DNA of 30,264 nt. Origin: a virus (lineage: Duplodnaviria > Caudoviricetes). The notes under the pieces were generated by a model. It did no database searches and was not told where the DNA came from. It saw only the letters and a program-made list of their open reading frames with translations. Positions 8,537 through 17,132 of the stretch are shown here, piece after piece (the first letter of the stretch is position 1; each line of letters begins with the position of its first letter). The stretch lies in IMG/VR virus record IMGVR_UViG_3300037479_000622, positions 1 through 30,264 of that record. One strand, 5' to 3'. The position numbers and the translations under genes were made by a program.

Positions 8537-8537
8537 A
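8530..8537 (+). promoter_or_regulatory. Putative late promoter CATACATA
   Basis: Same or related octamers at 6740, 7164, 11998, 13807, 15700, 17091, 18190 and 19701, each just upstream of a + strand gene. Confidence 0.65.
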
Positions 8538-8564
8538 CCGTATCAAAGCAGCAGACGGGGGAAA

Positions 8565-9308
8565 ATGATCGAACAGGCAATCAAAGACAGACTGAGCGCG
8601 GTAGCGGGATTGGCAGCCCTGGTGCAAAGCCGAATCTTCCCGACCACGCCACCAGAGAACGCACAGCTACCAATGGTCATTTACCGCGTTTCTCAGAGCG
8701 AACCAGTACGGCACCTAACCGGGGCATCCTCACTCAGCAGGCACGTTGTAGAAGCGGATTGTTGGGCGATCAACGCGGACACTGCCTTACAGGTAGCAAC
8801 CCAAGTACGGGCGGCACTGCACAGCTACCGAGGCGGCAGCATTCAAGGCAGTTTCCTGCAAACGCAGTTGACCGAGGAAGAGGAACTAGGCTACCACGCG
8901 CTTCTGACGTTTGACGTTTGGGCAGACAACACAGCTTCCGCCCTCGCAGGCACAGTAGCAGGACAGGACTATACCTTTGGCAACCTGACTGCGAACAACG
9001 CCACTGTCAACAACCAGATAACCGCCCCTACTGTCCGTGTTGGTGTAGCTGGCGATGCAAACCTAGTAGTGCGGGGTTCCCCTGGTCCCTTGCTCACTGT
9101 GCAGGCAGAGGCAGGCGACGGTATGGCGTTGGAAGTCAAAGACTCAGGGGGACCAGAGCGGACGTTTGCCGTAATGAGTACGGGGGAACTGCGGACCAAC
9201 CAGACCGACCCGGCAACCACACTAGGCAGCGTTACCAAGCGCCTGCCCATCTACAACCCTGACGGTACACTGCTTGGCTACATTCCCGTTTACAACACTA
9301 TTACATGA
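8565..9308 (+). CDS. Tail terminator/completion protein (DUF3168-like) with C-terminal beta-rich extension
   Basis: 247 aa from ATG 8565; IEQAIKDRL..LAALVQSRIFP..P.....LPMVIY.VS..P..HLTG....VEADCWA......VATQVRAAL; about 125 extra C-terminal residues. Confidence 0.8.
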   Translation: MIEQAIKDRLSAVAGLAALVQSRIFPTTPPENAQLPMVIYRVSQSEPVRHLTGASSLSRHVVEADCWAINADTALQVATQVRAALHSYRGGSIQGSFLQTQLTEEEELGYHALLTFDVWADNTASALAGTVAGQDYTFGNLTANNATVNNQITAPTVRVGVAGDANLVVRGSPGPLLTVQAEAGDGMALEVKDSGGPERTFAVMSTGELRTNQTDPATTLGSVTKRLPIYNPDGTLLGYIPVYNTIT

Positions 9309-9309
9309 T

Positions 9310-9555
9310 ATGGGCAAGAAGTACGAACAGGTTAGGCAGAAGCAGATAGAAGAGACGGCAAGGAAGGCAGTGGCGTACATCATGGACTACTGTAGGCACT
9401 GGCATTCCTCGACAGGACAGCAGCAACAGGATTACTTTGCATGGATGGGTTATGTGCATGACGTAGCGTTCCTGCTGATGCGAACTGACAACTACGAAGA
9501 GCAAATCAAGGAAGTGGTGAGCGGTTGGAGCGGAGAGAAGCGCCCCGGCAGCTAA
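9310..9555 (+). CDS. Hypothetical protein
   Basis: 81 aa from ATG 9310, directly after the previous stop codon. Confidence 0.55.
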   Translation: MGKKYEQVRQKQIEETARKAVAYIMDYCRHWHSSTGQQQQDYFAWMGYVHDVAFLLMRTDNYEEQIKEVVSGWSGEKRPGS

Positions 9556-9638
9556 CTTTTTTTGGCTACTGTCCTGACCCAACCCGCCCGCAGCATTTCG
9601 CAAACTGCAAGGTTTTGAAACTCCAGAAAGGGAGACGG

Positions 9639-9800
9639 ATGTATAAGATTGGCGACGTTGTGAGAGCTAAGGTAGGCGGACCACCGATGACTATTGACCG
9701 CATCGAAGGGCAGGAAGCGCATTGCGTTTGGTTTGACAAGCGAAAGTTGAAGCGCGGCGTATTCCCATTGGTCGCACTGGTTTTGACAGAGGCGGACTAA
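9639..9800 (+). CDS. YodC/DUF2158 family small protein
   Basis: MYKIGDVVRAKVGGPPMTI..AHCVWFD..F...AL; RBS AGGGAG; stop overlaps the terS start. Confidence 0.85.
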   Translation: MYKIGDVVRAKVGGPPMTIDRIEGQEAHCVWFDKRKLKRGVFPLVALVLTEAD

Positions 9801-10147
9801 TGGGACTACGCGGACCACAACCGACACTGAAACTTCGCAGCGAACCGCTTACCGACCTCGCAGCGCCCGAATGGTTGAGCAAAGACGCAGCAGCTTTCTA
9901 CAGCAAGCATGCGAAGCAGCTACAGGAAAACCAGCTTCTTACCGTTCAGACAGCCGACGCATTCGCGCTCGCCTGCGATCTATGGGCAAGGGTTCAGCAA
10001 TTCAAAGGCAAAGAGACAAGCCGCGCGTATCTCGACACTGTGAAAGCCTTCCTGTCCGCAGTGAAGCCCTTCCGCCTAGTGCCGAACGAAAAGCCGCATG
10101 TCAAGGAAGATCGGTTCGCAGACTTCACAGAGGTAGACATTGACTGA
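9800..10147 (+). CDS. terS: Terminase small subunit (P27-like)
   Basis: MGLRGPQP..APEWLSKDA..FY......L....LLT...ADAFALAC..W; upstream of terL. Confidence 0.8.
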   Translation: MGLRGPQPTLKLRSEPLTDLAAPEWLSKDAAAFYSKHAKQLQENQLLTVQTADAFALACDLWARVQQFKGKETSRAYLDTVKAFLSAVKPFRLVPNEKPHVKEDRFADFTEVDID

Positions 10148-10424
10148 GATACCACCAACAGCGCCAAAGCTAGCACTACACAAGCCCGAACCGGCGAGGC
10201 ACCTAACGACCTCGCAGCGCGGCTACGGAACTTCCCATCAGAAGCAAAGACTTCGCGTGATTGCCGAGCAATGCGGAATTTGCTGGCGCTGTCGGCAGGC
10301 ATGGGCAACCGATCTTCACCATAAGGACCACAACCCATTCAATCGCAGCAGGGACAATGTAGAGGCATGGTGTAAGCGCTGTCACGATGAGTACGAAGCG
10401 GCTTACAGAAAGGGCAAGTGTTAG
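10140..10424 (+). CDS. Packaging-associated HNH endonuclease (HK97 gp74-like)
   Basis: RGYG..HQK.R..VI.....C..C....ATDLHH....N....N....CKRCH; overlaps both terS and terL. Confidence 0.85.
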   Translation: MTEIPPTAPKLALHKPEPARHLTTSQRGYGTSHQKQRLRVIAEQCGICWRCRQAWATDLHHKDHNPFNRSRDNVEAWCKRCHDEYEAAYRKGKC

Positions 10425-11989
10425 TTCGGCATAAGAGCGACGAAGCCTTTCTTGACCAGGGCGGCAAATGGGATGAGGAAGCCGGACAGAAAGTAATCCG
10501 GTTCTTTGAAAGCTACCTCTGCCTTGAAGACGGAAGACCCTTCAAAGTCCTGCCCTGGATGCGGGACGTAATCCGGTCTTGGTATTGTTGGCTGACACCG
10601 GAGAACCAGAGGCGTACCCGAATCGGCTTGCTGACGTGTGGGCGCAAGAACGCCAAAAGCATCCTCACTTACGGCTTGACTGCATACCACTTGGTAGCCG
10701 ATGGCGTCCAGTCCCCTAGCTGTGCAAGCTGTGCTGTCAACCGAGAGCAGGCGGCACAGATATTCGATTGGTTCAAGTTTGCGATAGACAACAACCCGAA
10801 GCTGTCCAAAGCACTGCACGCGATCCCAAGCAAGAAAACCATTCTGTACCCTGCGAAGAATGGGAAGTACCGAAGCCTAGCAAGCGATACGCAAGGCGGT
10901 AACTTCGGGCACGGCTTTACCTTTCTGGTGCATGACGAGCTAGCTTTTCACAAGCGGGATGACCTCTATACCACGTTGAAGAACAGCACCGACGCAAGAC
11001 GCGGGTTGCAGGTAATCACGTCAACAGCCGGTTGGAACAAGAACGGGGCATTTTACAAGCTGGTGCAGTATAGCCGCAAAGTGCTGTCCGGCGAGATCAT
11101 CGACCCGACCTTTCAGCCCTGGCTATTCGAGATTCCCGAAGGGGCGGACGTTGAAGACGAAAACAACTGGCGTCTTGCTAATCCGTCAATTGGCGTGTGC
11201 CAGTCCGCAGAGGATTTCCGCAGCCAGTGGGAGCGCGAGAAGCGGGACGCAACAACCAGACTCGCATTTACCCGGCTGAAATTCAACCAGTGGACTGACG
11301 CGGAAAACGCTTGGATTCCGGTTGAGTCTTGGGACGATTGCAAGTCAAACGTCAACCTCGACGGTATCCCGGTTGTGTGTGGCGTTGATGTTGGTGCAAC
11401 CAGAGACTTAACCGCTATCACCCTGGTTGGCGTCCTGCCTGACAAGCAGTTTGCCGTCAAGACTTGGGGCTTTGTGCCAGAGGGCGCGTTCAACACCCGC
11501 GACCACTGCAACCACCTTCAGTATCAAGCGTTCGCCAAAGCCGGAAGCCTGATAGTCACCCCTGGCACCGCTACCGATGAACAGCAGCTAATTGGCTTCC
11601 TTGATGACCTCCGCGAGCGTTACAGCATCGTCGGCGTAGTCTTTGACAAGTGGCAGTCCTTGACCATCAGCAACCACTGTATGCGGCAAGGGCTTCTGAC
11701 TTACAACTTCCCGCAGACGCATTCCTATTTCAACGCGCCTTGCATCGAACTGGAAAGACTGGTCAACAACCGGAAGATAGCTCACGATGGCTGCCCGTTG
11801 CTGCGCTGGCAGATCGGACACACCTACCTAGACCGGGACCACAAGGGCTATGTCAAGCCTGTTACCGCACGTCCTGAGAACAAAAAGGACAACTTGATAG
11901 CCCTGCTGATGGCGTTGTCTATCGCGCTGCAAGTGTCACCATCCAGCAAACCAAGCATCTACCAAGACCGAGGCTTAGTAATTCTGTGA
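10418..11989 (+). CDS. terL: Terminase large subunit (HK97-like)
   Basis: 523 aa; Walker A CGRKNAKS, NREQA..IF, Walker B VHDELAF, ITSTAG, NWRLANPSIG, nuclease GVDVGATRDLTA, K.DNLIALLMA. Confidence 0.96.
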   Translation: MLVRHKSDEAFLDQGGKWDEEAGQKVIRFFESYLCLEDGRPFKVLPWMRDVIRSWYCWLTPENQRRTRIGLLTCGRKNAKSILTYGLTAYHLVADGVQSPSCASCAVNREQAAQIFDWFKFAIDNNPKLSKALHAIPSKKTILYPAKNGKYRSLASDTQGGNFGHGFTFLVHDELAFHKRDDLYTTLKNSTDARRGLQVITSTAGWNKNGAFYKLVQYSRKVLSGEIIDPTFQPWLFEIPEGADVEDENNWRLANPSIGVCQSAEDFRSQWEREKRDATTRLAFTRLKFNQWTDAENAWIPVESWDDCKSNVNLDGIPVVCGVDVGATRDLTAITLVGVLPDKQFAVKTWGFVPEGAFNTRDHCNHLQYQAFAKAGSLIVTPGTATDEQQLIGFLDDLRERYSIVGVVFDKWQSLTISNHCMRQGLLTYNFPQTHSYFNAPCIELERLVNNRKIAHDGCPLLRWQIGHTYLDRDHKGYVKPVTARPENKKDNLIALLMALSIALQVSPSSKPSIYQDRGLVIL

Positions 11990-11997
11990 GCAGGGCA

Positions 11998-12005
11998 CCT
12001 ACATA
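11998..12005 (+). promoter_or_regulatory. Putative late promoter CCTACATA, 5 nt before the portal ATG (leaderless)
   Basis: cctacata-cctgc-ATG, no SD between motif and start. Confidence 0.65.
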
Positions 12006-12010
12006 CCTGC

Positions 12011-13273
12011 ATGAAGTTACTAAGCTGGTTGTTCCCTCGCAAGCAAGAGAGCAGAGGGATTACAAGAGACATCGGGGTAAGCTACGGGCTGATTAACAAC
12101 ACTGGCACTAGCCTTGAAAGCGCCCTTGCGCTCTCGGCTGTTTGGTGTTGCGTCCGCGTGCTTGCGGAAGGCGTTGCCTCTCTCCCTTGCATCACATACA
12201 AGCGGCTACCGAGGGGCGGCAAAGAACGCGCTGCCGAGCATCCAAACTACCGGCTGCTTCGCACTGAACCCAACCCGGAAAGCACCGCCTACCAGTTTTG
12301 GGAGACTTTGATATTTCACTGGTCCCTCTACGGCAATGCATTCGCCGAAGTGGTCAGGGATGGAAGCGGCAGACCGATTGCCCTGTATCCCCTCGACAGC
12401 CGTTACATGCAGGTTGACCGGGACCAGGGCGGCAAGCTGGTCTATGTCTACCGCGACGGCAAGGGCGAAGCGGTCTTGAAGCCGGAAGACGTGTTGCACG
12501 TTGCGGGACTGTCGGCAGACGGATCGGTTGGCTACAGCCTGCTTCGCACTGCACGGAACGCGCTGAAGCTTACCGAAGCCACGGAAGAGTTTGGCAGAAG
12601 CTTCTTTGGTAACTGTAGCCGACCATCCGGGCTGCTCAAAACTGAAGGCGTGTTGAGCGATCAGGCGCGGGAGAATCTTCGCCGATCTTGGGAAGCACTT
12701 CACAGCAGCAGCAGCAACACCGGGAAAGTAGCGATCTTGGAAGAGGGGTTAGACTTCTCGCCGATCCAGCTAACGAACGAAGAGGGGCAGTACAAGGAAA
12801 CCCGTCAGTTTCAAATCTTGGAAGTCTGCCGGTTGTTCAACGTCCCCCCGCACCGCGTTCGCGCCCTCGACCGCGCCACTTGGGGAAACATCGAAGCCGA
12901 AAACATCAGCTTCGTAACGGACACGCTGCGCCCGATCTTGGTGCGCTTTGAACAGGAAGTAAACCGCAAGCTATTCCTGCCCTCAGAGCAAGACACCTAC
13001 TTTGCTGAATGGCTTGTAGATTCGCTGCTGCGAGGGGACACCGCAAGCCGGTTCAACGTCTACGCTGTCGCACTGCAAAGCAAAATCCTGTCCGTGAACG
13101 AGTGCCGAGAGATGGAAAACAGGAACCCCATCGAAGACCCCGAATTTGATAAGCCCGGCATTCCACCAGGGCAGCAGCCGGAAGCCGATCCCGCCGACGA
13201 AGGCACCGAGGGGGAGCAGCTTCCCGACGAAGACCAGGGCGACGAAGAGCAGCCCGGAGAGGAAGAGGAATGA
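12011..13273 (+). CDS. Phage portal protein, HK97 family
   Basis: 420 aa; SAVWCCVRVLAEGVASLP, EPNP..TAYQFWE, LYGNAFA, ILEEGLDF, EVCRLFNVPP, LLRGDTASR, SVNECREMEN; acidic C-terminal tail. Confidence 0.96.
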   Translation: MKLLSWLFPRKQESRGITRDIGVSYGLINNTGTSLESALALSAVWCCVRVLAEGVASLPCITYKRLPRGGKERAAEHPNYRLLRTEPNPESTAYQFWETLIFHWSLYGNAFAEVVRDGSGRPIALYPLDSRYMQVDRDQGGKLVYVYRDGKGEAVLKPEDVLHVAGLSADGSVGYSLLRTARNALKLTEATEEFGRSFFGNCSRPSGLLKTEGVLSDQARENLRRSWEALHSSSSNTGKVAILEEGLDFSPIQLTNEEGQYKETRQFQILEVCRLFNVPPHRVRALDRATWGNIEAENISFVTDTLRPILVRFEQEVNRKLFLPSEQDTYFAEWLVDSLLRGDTASRFNVYAVALQSKILSVNECREMENRNPIEDPEFDKPGIPPGQQPEADPADEGTEGEQLPDEDQGDEEQPGEEEE

Positions 13274-13797
13274 CCATCGAACAACGCAGCTTCGCAACCA
13301 GCTTCAGCACCGAGGAAGGCAAGCGGCTTGTCGGCTACGCAGCCGTTTGGGACACGCCTACCACGATCCGCGAAGCCGGACGCACCTTCACCGAGGTTAT
13401 CCGCAGAGGGGCATTCCGCAAGGCGATTGACTCCAAAGGGGACATTATCGCCACGTTCAACCACGATCCCAACCGCCTGCTTGGGCGCACGGCAAGCGGT
13501 ACGCTGTCCCTCGCAGAAGATGACCACGGCTTGCGGTTCATGTTGGAACTACCGGACACACCAACCGGGGCGGAAGTCCGCGCCCTGGTGCAAAGAGGCG
13601 ACTTGAACGGGGCATCCTTCAGCTTCGCGCCCCGCAAGGATGGGAACCGATGGCAGGGAAGCCAACGCGAACTAGTAGACCTGTTCCTTTTTGAACTCGG
13701 TCCCGTTGCGTTGCCAGCGTACAAAGCTACCTCTCTAGCACTTCGTAGCAACCTCGACTTGTGCAAGTTGAAGCTGACACTTGCTGAGAAAATATAA
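13270..13797 (+). CDS. HK97 prohead protease
   Basis: 175 aa; LVGYAAVW, FTEVIRRGAF, FNHD..LLGRT.SGTL.L.ED..GLRF, GASFSF, LFELGPV.LPAY; ATGA overlap with portal. Confidence 0.95.
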   Translation: MTIEQRSFATSFSTEEGKRLVGYAAVWDTPTTIREAGRTFTEVIRRGAFRKAIDSKGDIIATFNHDPNRLLGRTASGTLSLAEDDHGLRFMLELPDTPTGAEVRALVQRGDLNGASFSFAPRKDGNRWQGSQRELVDLFLFELGPVALPAYKATSLALRSNLDLCKLKLTLAEKI

Positions 13798-13806
13798 GGG
13801 CACGCG

Positions 13807-13846
13807 CCTACATACCTCCAGAGTTTCAATTAAAGACCTCTGGAGG
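13807..13846 (+). promoter_or_regulatory. Late promoter CCTACATA plus anti-SD hairpin over the capsid RBS
   Basis: cctccagag (13815-13823) pairs with ctctggagg (13838-13846), which contains the SD GGAGG. Confidence 0.7.
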
Positions 13847-13849
13847 GAT

Positions 13850-15109
13850 ATGAAAAGTGTTGAACTACGCGAGACACGCGCCAAGATTGTAGCAGACTCT
13901 CGCAAGCTGATTAACACTGCTGAAGCTGAGAACCGCGACCTTACCGCAGAGGAGCGTCAGCAGTTTGAAAGCATGATGGCTGACGTTGATTCGCTGGCTG
14001 TCGAGATTGAAAAGAGCGAACGTAAGGAAAAGGTTGAACTGCTTGAAGCCGAGCAGCGCAGCATTCAGCCCCGCAAGACAAACCCATCTCTTCCGCCTCA
14101 GACCGCAGACGAGTACCGCGCAGCCTTGCGTAACTGGTGCCTGTTGGGGACCGGCAAGGAAGACAGTTCCGCCGACATGCAATTCCGCATGGCTAACCAC
14201 GGCTTCACTAACGCAAGCCTTGTTTACGTCCGTGCGCTGTCGAAAGGCACGGCAACCGCTGGCGGTCACACCGTTCCGCTTGGCTTCGTCAACGAGCTAG
14301 AGAAAAAGCTGAAGTGGTATGCACCGATCCGCAACGTAGTCCGTGTCATCAAGACCGAGACGGGGCAAGACCTCGACTACCCGCGCGTTGACGACACCGC
14401 GAACAACGCTGGTATCGTTGCTGAAGCTGGTACGCTCATCAACAGCCCTGACCCGACATTCGACAAGATCACCTTCAAGGCTTACAAGTACAGCAGCCCG
14501 ATTATCAAGGTTTCCGCTGAGTTGCTGGCTGACAGTGCTTTCGACATCGAAGCCGAGCTAGCAGACCTCTTGACGCAGCGTATTGCACGCGGTCAGGAAG
14601 CCCACTTCGTAGCAGGCGACAACAGCAGCAAGCCGCAAGGTTTGACCACTGGTGCGACCTCTGGCGCACAGCTTGCGGGCGGCAACGCCTTCACTGGCGA
14701 CAAGTTGATTGACCTCTTCCACAGCGTTGACATTGCCTACCGGCAGAACGGCGCTTGGCTGATGCACGATCTTACTTTGGCTGCGATCCGCAAGGTAAAG
14801 GACACGACAAACCAATACCTTTGGCAGCCGGGCTTGACTGCTGGCGCACCGGACACCTTGCTTGGCAAGCCGGTTTATGTGTCCAACAGCTTCGCCGAGT
14901 ACGCGGGCAGCGAAGGCACCAACAAGCCTCTTGTCCTGTTCGGCGACTTCAACAAGTACGTTGTCCGTGACGTTACGGGCGCAGTCACCTTGCAGCGCTT
15001 GAACGAGTTGTACGCGGCAACCAACGAAATCGGCTTCGTCCTGCATACGCGGGCTGACGGTCGCTACGCCGGTCACTCTGGTTGCGTGAAGTCTTTGAAT
15101 AGCGCGTGA
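13850..15109 (+). CDS. Major capsid protein, HK97 family
   Basis: 419 aa from ATG 13850; N-terminal coiled-coil delta domain, TAGGHTVP, KVSAELLADSAFDIE, KPQGL, QYLWQPGLTAGAPDTLLGKPVY, FGDFNKY. Confidence 0.96.
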   Translation: MKSVELRETRAKIVADSRKLINTAEAENRDLTAEERQQFESMMADVDSLAVEIEKSERKEKVELLEAEQRSIQPRKTNPSLPPQTADEYRAALRNWCLLGTGKEDSSADMQFRMANHGFTNASLVYVRALSKGTATAGGHTVPLGFVNELEKKLKWYAPIRNVVRVIKTETGQDLDYPRVDDTANNAGIVAEAGTLINSPDPTFDKITFKAYKYSSPIIKVSAELLADSAFDIEAELADLLTQRIARGQEAHFVAGDNSSKPQGLTTGATSGAQLAGGNAFTGDKLIDLFHSVDIAYRQNGAWLMHDLTLAAIRKVKDTTNQYLWQPGLTAGAPDTLLGKPVYVSNSFAEYAGSEGTNKPLVLFGDFNKYVVRDVTGAVTLQRLNELYAATNEIGFVLHTRADGRYAGHSGCVKSLNSA

Positions 15110-15145
15110 TGAGTAGTTCTTGCCTTTCTCCTGTGGGCAAGGTTC

Positions 15146-15183
15146 ACCCCCGGCAGCTTGTCAGTTGTCCGGGGGTTTTCTTT
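15146..15183 (+). terminator. Rho-independent terminator after the capsid gene
   Basis: acccccgg..ccgggggt stem followed by tttcttt; first 12 nt (acccccggcagc) identical to the hairpin at 27083. Confidence 0.8.
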
Positions 15184-15204
15184 GCGCCCTTACTACGTTA
15201 AGGG

Positions 15205-15708
15205 ATGCCATACAAAAACCCCATTGACAGACGCAACAACTATCGCAAGTGGCGAGCAAAGAACCGCGACTATCACAAGCAATGGTTACTAGCTCACCCT
15301 GGTTATCAGCAGAAGTACAACGACCGCTATAAGGACAAGCCGAGAAAGCGAAAGCGCGGCAAGTCTAGCCCGGAAGCCCTCGCAAGGCAGGGGAAGCGAC
15401 GATACCGCAAGCGCCGCGACTTCGTAAACGCAGTCAAGGAAATGTACGGCTGCCAGAATCCCGCCTGTTGCTGGCAAGGCTACGTTCCCGCCTGTTGCCT
15501 CGACTTTCACCACCTAGACCGATCCGCAAAGCAATTCAACATAGGGGCAGCCCTCAGAGGCAAGGGAAGGCTTGCGAAGGAAATCAACCGTTGCACTGTC
15601 CTTTGTGCTATCTGCCATCGGCTCGAAACATGGGGGAAGCTAGACGCTAGCACGTTTCCGCGATGCGACATAGACGATACGGGAAAACGGCGCGACACCG
15701 CTAAATAG
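15205..15708 (+). CDS. Free-standing HNH endonuclease
   Basis: 167 aa; basic N-terminus, then GC...C....CLDFHHLD...K.FNI....EI.RCTVLCAICHR. Confidence 0.85.
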   Translation: MPYKNPIDRRNNYRKWRAKNRDYHKQWLLAHPGYQQKYNDRYKDKPRKRKRGKSSPEALARQGKRRYRKRRDFVNAVKEMYGCQNPACCWQGYVPACCLDFHHLDRSAKQFNIGAALRGKGRLAKEINRCTVLCAICHRLETWGKLDASTFPRCDIDDTGKRRDTAK

Positions 15709-15711
15709 GGC

Positions 15712-16293
15712 ATGTACACCGTTCAAGTAATCACACCGCCTGCGAGCGAACCAGTAACAACGCAGGAACTAAAAGACCATCTCCGGTTGAATGACAGCAG
15801 CGAAGACAGCTTGCTAGCGGGCTTCATCAAAACAGCACGCTTGCAATTCGAGCTAAACACCGGGGTAGCCGTCCTGCCCACTGTCTTCCGTCAGCACTTC
15901 TACGCGATTGCTGGTCCGATCTACCTCTATCGCGGGAACGTCTCGGCTATTGGAAGTGTCATGTACTGGAACACGGCGGGCAACTTTGTTAGTGACAGCA
16001 CCTACCTTAGCGACCTCATCAGCAACCCGGCTAAAGTCTGGTGGCAGGTTTACCCGGTCACGCATAGCGACAAGTCACCGAAAGGCTATGTCGAGTTTAC
16101 AGCAGGTTGGGCGAATGCAGCAGCAGTGCCGGAAGACGTAAAAACCTGCATCAAGCTGCTTGCTGCTCACTACTACGCACACCGCGAAGCCTACACCGAA
16201 GACACTGACCTAAGAAACCTGCCTCTCGGCTTCCAAAGCGTTTGCAGGGCTTACAAGACGGGGCTTGTTGGTGAGTTGGGGGTAGCACTATGA
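15712..16293 (+). CDS. Head-tail connector (gp6-like)
   Basis: ITPPASEPVTTQELKDHLR..EDSLL..FI.TAR..E....VEFTAGW....VPEDVKTCIKLLAAHYYAHREA; GCTAAATA 4 nt before the ATG. Confidence 0.92.
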   Translation: MYTVQVITPPASEPVTTQELKDHLRLNDSSEDSLLAGFIKTARLQFELNTGVAVLPTVFRQHFYAIAGPIYLYRGNVSAIGSVMYWNTAGNFVSDSTYLSDLISNPAKVWWQVYPVTHSDKSPKGYVEFTAGWANAAAVPEDVKTCIKLLAAHYYAHREAYTEDTDLRNLPLGFQSVCRAYKTGLVGELGVAL

Positions 16294-16628
16294 GCGCAGC
16301 AGGACGATACGCAGACCGCATGAAATGGCTGAAGGCAACCCGGCTACCGAACACGCTAGGGCAGCCCGAAGAGTCTTTTGCACTCAATGGCTACCTCTGG
16401 TGCCAAGTGGAGAGCAACCAGGGCAGGAAGCAGGAAGACTACGGCGCAGAGCGGACGGGCATTACCGCCACGATCCGCATTCGCAACTACCCGGAAATCA
16501 CCGCCCTGGATCGGCTCGAATCGGTCGAATGGGGCGACTTGTGGGTTATCGAGAGCATCGGCAGAGGGGACAACGAATTGATAGCAGACTGCTACCTCTT
16601 CGATGAAGACCTAGAAGGGATAGCGTGA
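16290..16628 (+). CDS. Head closure / head-tail adaptor (SPP1 gp16-like)
   Basis: 112 aa; AGRY.DR..W....N.LG......WC.V....G.....G........I.IR....I...DR; gene position. Confidence 0.8.
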   Translation: MSAAGRYADRMKWLKATRLPNTLGQPEESFALNGYLWCQVESNQGRKQEDYGAERTGITATIRIRNYPEITALDRLESVEWGDLWVIESIGRGDNELIADCYLFDEDLEGIA

Positions 16629-17080
16629 GTAGCGTTAAGTGGGAAATAGACCCTATCAAGCAGGCTAACAAACTGAAAAAAGGAACGCGGAACAAAGCCC
16701 TGCGTATCGCGGTCAACCGTTCCGCCTCTCCGGTCAAGGCTGCTGTAGCTGGCAACGCACCGAGGCGACACGGCTACCTTTCCAAGTCTATCCGTATCCG
16801 TGTCCGCAACTACAAGGGCAACGACGTTTGGCTAGCGGTAATCGGTCCTTCTAGCAAGTTCCGCAAAGCCAAAGGCAAACGCAAGCGCGGACCAAACAAG
16901 GGACAGCCGATCTACCACAACCCAAGCAAATACGCACACCTAGTTGAGAGAGGCACCAAGCGTAGCAAGGCAAGCCCTTTCTTGAAGCCTGCTTTGCAAT
17001 CGCACCAGAACACTTACCGGCAATCGCTAACCGAGAACATCCGCCGCGAAGTTGATGCCATGCTAGCCAAAGGAAATTGA
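16625..17080 (+). CDS. HK97 gp10-family neck/tail completion protein
   Basis: 151 aa basic; KALR.A......VK......AP...G.L.KSI, YAHLVE.GT....A.PFLKPAL. Confidence 0.9.
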   Translation: MSSVKWEIDPIKQANKLKKGTRNKALRIAVNRSASPVKAAVAGNAPRRHGYLSKSIRIRVRNYKGNDVWLAVIGPSSKFRKAKGKRKRGPNKGQPIYHNPSKYAHLVERGTKRSKASPFLKPALQSHQNTYRQSLTENIRREVDAMLAKGN

Positions 17081-17090
17081 ACCGCACCAG

Positions 17091-17128
17091 CATACATACC
17101 CACAGCAAGTAACTAACAAGCTGTGAGG
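17091..17128 (+). promoter_or_regulatory. Late promoter CATACATA plus hairpin over the tail-tube RBS
   Basis: cc-cacagc (17099-17106) pairs with gctgtg-a-gg (17120-17128), overlapping the SD GAGG. Confidence 0.6.
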
Positions 17129-17132
17129 AAGT

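Noticed and set aside
8328-8564. Upstream start extensions in the ORF track (8328, also 4746, 7565, 9274, 9525, 13781, 25155, 26398, 27901)
   Set aside because: They overlap other genes, repeats or regulatory motifs; the downstream ATGs have RBSs, translational coupling or match domain starts
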